A DNA stretch of 61,568 nucleotides, filler included, from Sluysia triapertura (lineage: Eukaryota): NCBI GenBank assembly GCA_046118255.1. It is 4 parts of 4 records of this genome, joined end to end, with 100 filler letters (N's around TTAATTAATTAA, not from the genome) between each part and the next. Parts side by side here need not be neighbours in the genome. Positions count along the whole stretch, not along the records: positions 44,737 to 61,568 come from JBJNIA010197263.1; 3 more parts are not named here. The stretch is one strand, 5' to 3'. Positions 52,016-61,568 of this stretch are shown piece by piece. Under the pieces are notes generated by a model that was given only the letters and a program-made list of their open reading frames with translations, did not search any database and was not told the origin of the DNA. Both the position numbers and the translations under genes were made by a program. Position 1 is the stretch's first letter. Each line of letters begins with the position of its first letter.

Positions 52016-53707
52016 CTGCTTAACATTTATTAAAAAATTTGATCTCAGCCAATAGAATTTATGTATTAAAATTATGTACAATATTTATCGAATTTTATTA
52101 CTATTAAGTTAATTTAATTTCACTGTACAACAGTCATTCGCATACTACATACTATTGAATATTATGAAGTAGCAGCATATTTTCCATTTGATTATTCCCT
52201 TATTTTAACATTTTAACTCATCATTTCACAACACCACAACCACAATTTATATTTTAATTATCAAAGAAAAATGTTAGAATCAATCCAAAACATTTCAAGT
52301 TCTCAACCCTTTCATCAACATTTTTGTAAAACATCAAACTCATACGTTAAAGTTATTATAAACAAAAATAATTTCATATAATTTTTTTAAAGAATGTTAA
52401 AAGAATTTTATTCATATAATTAAAGTAATTTTTACATTTTACGTAAATAAAGATTATGCAAATAAATAAGACAAGTAAAAGAAAGATGTAAATAGAATTC
52501 CAAAGATTTATCCATTATTTTTATTTTTTTGTAACCAATTTTTCTATTATTATTATTATTATCATTATTATTATTATTCTAACCATGTTTATCATTAATT
52601 TATTATGCATAATTATTATTAACATTCTTTCATTATCAATAACATTATCATGGTTGACAATATTTTCAACATTACTAATTCTATCATAACTCAATTGAAT
52701 CAGCATGTGGTATTAACCGTCGACTGATGACAGTTACTGGGTGTATCAAGAATTTTTCTTCCTATTTCAGTTGATTGGACTTCCAATTAGTTCTGCTTTT
52801 ACATGTTATTTTTTCTCGTTTGATTGGACTCCTAATCATCAGCAATTTTCTCTTCCACAATTACTTTACAATAAACGTAAATGCAGACAACACCAGCAGA
52901 CACACAAGACAAAGCAGTGATTAATTAAAAACGATAAAAATTAATAGTGGTTAATTTTAAATAAAAAGAAATTAATGGATTATTTATTATTAATTACGAA
53001 TAGTTAAGAAAGAAAACTGGAAATTATACAATACAATTTAACGAAAAACTTAATTCATTGGAGACCTCCAATTATTATCTAAATTAATCCAAGAAATGTT
53101 AAATCACTTTAAAGATAAGCTAAATGAATCAAATAATTTAACCAAAGTTATTAACGATCTTAACAATTTGAAAGATTTAAATACAATCAAGCATTTCGTG
53201 TAATCATTTAGTGTCTCAACATAATGAAATAAAATCTTCAGGTCATTAATTTACATCCAAGATTTAAAATGTTATGTTATCAGTCTTATAACGAATATAT
53301 TCTCCAAACCATATTCTGCTCTTGATATATATGGATTTCCAACTCAAATTGAACCAAATCAAATAATTCATTGCTTAGTTTTTTTAGATCTATCTTCAAT
53401 GATGGAAGTGCATTGTGATCAACACTCATCATCAAGAATTCAAGAGTCAGAAGGTTTTTGTTGCCCATTAAAGTCACTAAAAATAGTTGTAAAAAGTAGG
53501 TTGATGTTACCAAATATAATATTCAATTTCAAGCAGTATGTTATGAAAATTGAAGAACTAACATCAAACAAATGTCTGAAATTTATTAAGTCATCGTAGC
53601 ATCGTATTATTTTCAATTTCTTGTATAAAATTTCAAATAAGAATAACGCGTTGTCTTCTTAAAATGCTGGTCGATTTATATAGTTCTTAACCCACGTTAC
53701 AAGAGAA

Positions 53708-54780
53708 ATGGACGAATTGATTTCCAAATTGATAAATAAAAGTTATGTTATACCTTATCCGACAAGTGTTCTAGTTATCTCAACGAAGGTAATGCGTGTA
53801 AAAATGATTTCACTAACGATAGATATAAACAGTTAGTATAATCCTGATTCATAGAATATCAATGCACTCCATAGTGAAATTTCAATAGATTATTTGGCAC
53901 CACGTCGTATTGCAAACAATCGAATTCCTTCAATAATCTCACCTATGATCGACCTTTCAAGCCAACGAAATTATGATTTACTTCAAACAGGACAGTGCCC
54001 ATTTCAATCAAATCATCTAGACGAATGCAGCAAATGCGGATCATCCTGTTGATTTTTCAATAACATCAACGAAATTCGTTATGTTGATGCTACATCTGAT
54101 ACTAATTATGAGCATGCAGAACGAGTAAATAAATGGGTAGTGGCTATTCAAAATGCCAAAGATGCACGCAATTTTACAGGTAATCAGGACTACGTGACCT
54201 CAAAAGAAGACATCCAATCCGATAACTTTACAGACAATTTGGTATTTAAAGTAAATTTTATATTCAACATTCATTTGATTTTCATCCTTTTATTTGTAGA
54301 ATTCCACAGCCGGAGAAAGTTGTAAACATGTCATTTAACGTTATAAATATTTTAACAAAATTTAATCTTAATGTCATCATATTTTAAAACCTAACAAAAA
54401 ATAAATTCATATTTTTATATGTTCTTTTAACAAAGATGAATATTTGTAATCAAATTAAACGTAAAGAAGTTATTTCCAAGATAATTTACATCAAATTTTA
54501 TTACGCAACTCATTTCAATAACGCTAAACGACTTTTTAAATGTTATTTCATCACAAATAAATATAACAAATAACCCCAAAGGTACCTGAAACGTAGATCA
54601 AGTTACAAATATAACACAGATGTATCTATTTTGGATGAAAGAGCTTATGCGTTATTTCCATACAATGAAAATAAAACGTCAGATGATAATTGGAAAAATG
54701 CTCATAAACCGTTTTGGCACCGTGTTTCTAATTTAATAAAGTGCAAACTATTGACTAAGTCGCATGTTTTGCAGAACTAG
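53708..54780 (+). pseudogene. Spliced ORF remnant of unknown product, antisense within syntenin intron
   Basis: Phase-compatible exons 53708..53788 and 53855..54241 with GT-AG introns of 66 and 58 nt. In-frame TGA at 54050-54052. A further coding-like piece lies at about 54598-54780. Confidence 0.4.
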
Positions 54781-57700
54781 TTAAGCTTACTTCAAGTTGC
54801 ATAGATGCGTGAAAAATTCAAATGCGTGCTATCCCGGCCCTTGTGACTTGACATCATTACAATTGCACGTATTAAGGTGTAATTTTTATAAGTACTAATG
54901 TGAAACCAAATTTTGTTTTTATTAGATTTTTTGTTGAGTATAAGGATTTAAAGTTCTTTTTTCCGAATTTTAATATTAGTTTTAAAAATCAATTTCAACA
55001 TAATTAACTATATTATAGTAAATGTAAAAAGAGCCAAAAGTTGTATTAGTCCTAACACATTGAATTTTCTACGCCCTTGCAACCATACATAAATAATATT
55101 AGCCTTTAGTAAAGGATAAATTTAAAGGTAATAAGTCTAATTTAAACTTAGAGTAATAGACAAATTTTTCAACTTTAGTAATGAGACACACATTACTTTT
55201 GGTACAATCCAATAATTATATTGTAAAGTGTTTGCACATTAAATACTCTGACTACATTCTATTGTAAATAATATTGTGTATATAAAAACATTAAAATGAT
55301 TATTTTATCAATCTATGTTTTGATGATGTGTTGGAAAAAGAATTTTTTAAATTGTAACATTCTAAATAAATATCTAAAATCAATAAGAACTATAACGAAA
55401 CTAATTAAAAAATTTTCAACTTTGAAAATAATTAATTCGAAAATTATGAGGTTGGGTTCTTTTTTCATTTATAATGTAAATATAAATTTAAAAGTATTAC
55501 CGTTTAAAATATAATTGTCTATTGTCTCAATAATGGTAAATTAATAATATAAACTATTGTATCAAAAAATAATTGATATTAAATTAATAATAGTTAAAAA
55601 TAATCATTGTAGCATCAAAAAAATTAATAATCAAAATTAACTTTTATACTAAAAAATAAGTAACAATAAATTGAAAATAAATAGTATTAATAATAACCAA
55701 AATTAGCCATTGTGAAAAGAGTATAAAAAGGTACAATTTTGGTTGTTATTATTCCATTAATCAAGGTATAATTTGACTTCTAGGCATATTTTACATTTAA
55801 ATTCTTTTACTGAATCTTTATCGTGTTTTTTGTAAAGATAATAATTAAACTAATATAATATCATTAAATGTTAAAAAGAAAGTTCATAAGGTAATTACGT
55901 TTGGTAATAATCATAGTAATCAACCGTTTATTGTTCGAATTTGTAAACATTTATTTTATTTTTCTGAGTATATTACAAATTAATAAATACTGTGTTGAAT
56001 AATTCAAAGTTTAAACAAATTTTCATTTCGTTTGATATAAGATAAAAGGAGAAAATTCAAATTTGAACTTTGTCAGTTAAATTTGCACTTCCATCTCTTA
56101 CACCAGAGACGAGTGAACGATAGCTTCTAGTTTATTATTATAAGTTTCAGAATACAATTATTATAAGCTCAAGTTCAGTACTCTAAGGGCAGATACTAAT
56201 AAAAAAGATAAACTCCAATTTCAGCTTTAGTACATATAAAAGGTACTTTTTATTTTGTCAAACAATACTATATTATGGATGCTTGATTTAAAATAAATTC
56301 TAATGTTTTAATAAATGGATTTGTGAGGTACTTTAAGATTGTAAAGATGTGAGTCAATATTCAAGCTAATAAATTGAATTTCCACCAAAGATTAGAACTA
56401 ATTTGAAATAAGTAACCAATGTAAATGCTAAATAGACAAACTAAATCATTCAACGTAAACACATTTAAAGACTACATATAAAAAATTAAATTTAAATACC
56501 TAAATTTTTATTAACGCTAGTATTGAATAAGGCGTACCTGGAAAATTAAATACTATAATAAAATAAAAAATTATTACAATTTAGGAATAACAATAGAATT
56601 CATGAAAAATAAAAAAAATATTAAAATACACAAAAATGTTCTCATTATGATTCGTTAATCAATGAATGCAGAAATAAAACTTACGAGGTGAAAATGTAAG
56701 AACATGTGTGCACATGTGAGACCATTAAAAGTATTAAAAGTATTCTAAATTGATAAACTTAGATATTGATTTAAAAATTTTCTTAATATTATTACTGATA
56801 AAGTCTTAGACCTACTACTGAAAAATCTTAATAGTTAATTGTACTAGTAAATGTTCAAATTGATGAATATATGAACAAATTGACACAAACATATAAATCA
56901 ACAAGGATATGTAAGAGTCAGAGAAATGAGTATTTATATCTGCTTTGCTAGCTAGTATTTCGTTGTATTTGTTATTAAGCACATTTTAGCTGATTTTTTA
57001 TGTTTTAGGACGTATACATTTGATTCATAATATTCTCTGGATTGTCATTAAACGTTCTTATTTTTTTCATTTAACATACTCACACATACTTTAATTCGCA
57101 AAAACAAATAATCAAATTATTCTTATGTGTTATTTAGTTGTCATTATTGTCATTACTCTATTGTTTCATGACATTATTATTACTACTTTTTTAATTGTTG
57201 TTTCATAATTCCTACCATTGTTATTGTCATTTTTGTTCTATATCTATTATTATTCACTACTATGTCATTATGATTTTTATCCATTGCATTGTCTTTATTA
57301 CTTTTGTGTTTATTATTATTATTATTATTCTAGTCTAATACTTAGAAGTAAGATATCCTTGCGACAGAACCGAGTACGAAATTGAGTATAATTATTACTT
57401 ATAATTGAATGGATATTTTCTTCAATATGTATATACGTCTTTTGACATTATAATTAACATTTTCTTGATAAACATGGATACAATATATCTCTGACAATAT
57501 TGAACACATATTTTAGAAGTGTATAGTAGCAAATGCTTTGTTTGGAATTACGAAAGCTAAGAACTTACGACCACAAAATAATTATAGAGCTCCGAAACTT
57601 GGATTTTCATCTTTGTACAAACATTTATATTTATCGTTCTCATTATTAAGATATTGTAGTGAGTTCTTCAGAAATTTCTTGTATCTTCAGGTTTTACCCG

Positions 57701-59864
57701 AAAGATGCTCTAATTCGATTTACAAAATCTAGGAATATTAACATACAAATAAGATGCATGATATGCATTGCTGCTGAAAAAATCAAGAAAGTCAAGCAAT
57801 TCTGACCCGAACTCCCAGAACTACCCAATCATTTTAAAATTTTTATATATGATTCAATTTCAAATAATTATATAAAATAAAATAAATTAATTTCGCAGCA
57901 TAATTTGGCAGTATAACATAAATAATCAAAATTACCGAAGCAATTTATTACAAACAATATTTAAAATTAACTGAAATTAATCATTAAAATAACAAGATCT
58001 TAAACAGTTAATAATTATTAAAATTCACAATTTTAAAATTACTTATAATTTTATTTCATCATTTATGACAATAAAATTATAAAAATTGTAATTATTGCAA
58101 ATTAATATAATCCCCAAAAATTTTGTGAGGTCTGAATCTAGCATGATTTCTAAAACTAAACTCACTTTAACTAATTTTAATTTCAATAAAGAAAATATTA
58201 AACTAATCTTTCAACTTAAGAATATCAATTACAAGTAGTACACAATTTAAAATTTTTCTAAAGTTTAAGGAAGTTTCTAAATGTTTTAGATAATTTTAAT
58301 AAAGTAAAATTCAATCGCAAAAATTATTCGAAGTTTTCAAAGTTTTTAATTATTCCAAAAGTTTGATTTAGATGTTTTTGCTGTGGAGAATATTAGACTT
58401 AAACTCATACCGAATGTAGCACTTCCATATCCTACAAGCTAGAGATGAGTCAAAAGTACTCACGATTACTTATAATCGTTGAATAATATGTGAGATAGAA
58501 ATAAAAATCATGCAATATTGCAGCCAAGTTAGAGCTATTATGACATGCAAAAATTTTAATATTAGATCAATCTTGACACAAGGAAGGCTTAACTTACCCA
58601 TTTCCTGAAATATACAGTTAAAATTCAATATTTAATTATTTATTAGTGTATTCAATGTTTCTTCTAAAAATTATATTGTGGGAATACATCACTGGAGAAT
58701 CTCTTATTGTGTTTATTCCACAGCTTTTGTCATGTAATTGAAGTTGATGAATGTAAGGAAACTAAAACAGAATAAAATGATAATTCTTTATAACCCCTAA
58801 CGTCCACAAGCTTTATTATGTTTTGGTCCTCTAGAATCTTGACATTTTACTTTAGTTGAAAAATGATGCGTTTAATATGAAATGACGTGCGCATGTATTA
58901 TGATTAATCTAAAGTGACAGTAACTTATTCTTGGTTCATTCTAAAGGATTGTGTGTGACAATGTAAAATTTTATAATTTCATGAATAATACTTTTACTAA
59001 AAAATTGTAATTTTTTGCATGATTATGTGGAATAATAATGTATAACAATATTTTAGCAATATAATAAGAATTTTGTAAAATAAGAAAGATAATAAAATAT
59101 AATTTGAGATAATTTAATTTATATAATCATACTAGTTTAGTTGAAAAATAGTTAAAATTCAAAAAATAATAATTGAGATAATTATCCGAAAATCGTAAAA
59201 TATAATATTGGAAATATTATCTGAAAAATAATAATTATTATACATTTGTTGTTGGAAATAATTATCTAATATTATCAAAAAATTAAATTGAAATTACAAT
59301 ACGTGGAAAAACGAATATAAAATCATATTCAAAAAACCAGATGTCACACGACAACACAAGAAGTTATGCAGAGGTTTATATACGAAAATACATTTCACTG
59401 GTTGCATCAATTTAAAGACTTCGACAAATTGGAAACTTCGCAACAAGTAATCAACAACGCATGGATTTATTTTTATAATTTCGACGGTTTTTCCATGTTT
59501 ACCTAAGATTATTATTGATAAGTCTTTTAAACCATTTTTACTTAAAATCTACTGATCTACTGATAGACAATTATACATTACAAAAGATAATTGATTTTAG
59601 CCTTCAAACTAAATCTTAACATTTGTGTTGTGAATAGAATCAATAAAGATTTATCTTGAATATTAAAAATTGAAATATATATTGATTAAATAGTATATAG
59701 TTTTAGAAATTTGGAAAACATAATTAATAAAGTAAACAAAATTAATAAAATTATCGAAAATGTTCTTGCATTTAATTCAAGTTATGAAATGCTAATAAAT
59801 TAATTTGTAGTAAGAAAAATTTTTATTTAAATCTTACATAAAATTAGTCTTAATTATTTTAATC

Positions 59865-60405
59865 AAATATTCGAAAATTTATTAATAAAGAAACAGCTAA
59901 GCTTATTGTTCATTATTGATAATTAATAACATAGATTCTAACAATGGTTTATTGTACTCAATTTCATTTAGAAAAGTAAATAAATTACAATTAATAATTA
60001 ATCAAGCAGCAAGAATAATTTTTCAAGTGTGAAGACCTCATGTAACTTATCTTAAGGAATTACATTGGTTGCCAATAAAAGCAAGAACAGAATTCAAAAT
60101 CATGACAATAATATACAAATGATTACATTACGGAAGTCCTTAATGTCTCTTAGAAATAATAAAAATTTGGAAACCAAGATGAATATCTCATCGAGACATA
60201 AAAATCTATGCAGAATCCACAGTGTGGTTATATTTGTTTCAAAAATATACAATCAGTTACATTACTGGAAGATTATGAAATATTTAAAAAAAGGCAAAGT
60301 TCTTTCTGTTTCAGAAATATTATAGTGAATGATTTAATTTAAGCGCTTTTGAGTACTTATTTTGTAGTAGATATGAACGCAATATAAATTAATATAGTGT
60401 TATTA
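59865..60405 (+). mobile_element. Repeat family B copy (L2-like 3' end)
   Basis: Aligns by eye to 6165-6715 over about 540 bp and has the same 3' tail. Confidence 0.6.
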
Positions 60406-61412
60406 TCAATCTTTTAATTGTGCAATAAAAATCAAATTTATAATTTATAAACAAAAAGTTTTTGTATTATCATTTTTTATCTGTCAAATATCTGACAAAT
60501 TTTCATTAAATTTCTTAGTTAACTTCGCTACTTATTGAATAACAATTTGAAATCATGAAATTTTAAGTACTATAAAATTTGAAAATGAATAATTTTAACA
60601 AAACCAAGAAAATACATTTTTAAAACTTACGTGGTTCTTTCAATTTATCCACTTTTATTTCATTTAGTTGTTAGCTTTATTAAACTTAAATTTCATGTTC
60701 ATCTTAACTATTTTTCCACAACTGAAATTAAAGCCCTTTAATGAACTAAAAAGCAAAAACCTCAAATACTGTACAAGTATGCAATGAATTGTGTCTAAGT
60801 AATAGCATAAATATTACTTTAGGACTTACCTTAGGTAAAATACTGCAATTTTATTTTCTGGATTTCGTGAATCAATGAGTTACAAAATATATATGATTCA
60901 TATTTCATTTAATATTTTACAAATACAAAAATGTAAATGTTTATATTATAAAATTATGTCATTAATAAATATTTTATATTAGTCATAAATCTATAATATT
61001 TTTCAATATTATTTTACAATATTAATAAATATTATTCTATTTCACTTTAGTAAAAAATTTATAACTGTTAATTTTTAGTTTTCATGTGATTTAATTACAA
61101 ATCGCAAAATTTATTTTAAAATTACTTGTTTTAATTTTCTCAAAAAGGGATGCACACAACTTTATTAATTATGAAATGTACAATTAAAAATTAATCATTT
61201 TTAACTAAAATAAATAAATACATATGAACATATTAATTTAAAACATAATTACAAGTTTGAAGTTTAATATTTTGATCATTGAAAATGAATGTCACATGAT
61301 TTTAAAAATTAATAATTAATTTATAATTGCATAATTTTATGAGTTAATTGCATATATCTTAAAAATAAACCAAAAACTTCTTGTAATTTATTTTCACATA
61401 AAATACACCTAC

Positions 61413-61563
61413 CTATCTCTAAGCACAATTGCAATATTGTTCGGTGGCGCAGATTTTAAGAATTTATGTGCCTTGCTATCACTCCACCCTGCAACAATTT
61501 GATTATTGATTTCTAAAATTTGATCTCCAAATCTTAATCCAGCAATAGCAGCTGGCGTATTTT
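61413..61563 (-). CDS. SDCBP: Syntenin PDZ1 exon (partial, runs off window end)
   Basis: TPAAIAGLRFGDQILEINNQIVAGWSDSKAHKFLK...IVLRD(R)|gtaggt. Phase 2 joins 48750 across a 12,662-bp intron. Confidence 0.92.
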
Positions 61564-61568
61564 AGATC

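Noticed and set aside
61562-61568. Apparent in-frame TAA at the start of the syntenin PDZ1 exon
   Set aside because: It depends on the terminal bases AGATC, which match the start of the Illumina adapter at a contig end. Probably an artefact rather than pseudogenisation.
1-61568. Prokaryotic systems (CRISPR, operons, defence islands)
   Set aside because: Intron-containing animal DNA; no regularly spaced repeat-spacer array or operon structure seen.

Overview
Very AT-rich animal genomic scaffold with spliceosomal introns and (ATT)n microsatellites. It has three 100-bp gaps, each padded with an artificial TTAATTAATTAA linker. The composition would fit a triclad flatworm, but the species cannot be established from this window. 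Host genes are: (1) a 3-exon plus-strand gene, join(4196..4836,7096..7598,9228..9748), encoding 554 aa, which fuses an N/Q-rich, acidic, NLS-bearing N-terminus to an intact IS630/Tc1-type HTH + DDE_3 transposase whose catalytic Glu is replaced by Thr; (2) internal exons of a SOGA/MTCL-family coiled-coil gene on the minus strand (about 33.2-38.1 kb); and (3) the last three coding exons of syntenin on the minus strand (46.6-61.6 kb). Gene (1) looks like a domesticated transposase and is the main candidate for novelty. The remainder is transposon debris: a decayed Gypsy element, Tc1/mariner/pogo/hAT-like fragments, MITEs, L2/CR1 pieces, and a short repeat family carrying an internal tRNA-like Pol III cassette. 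All family calls come from motif recognition by eye; no database searches were run.
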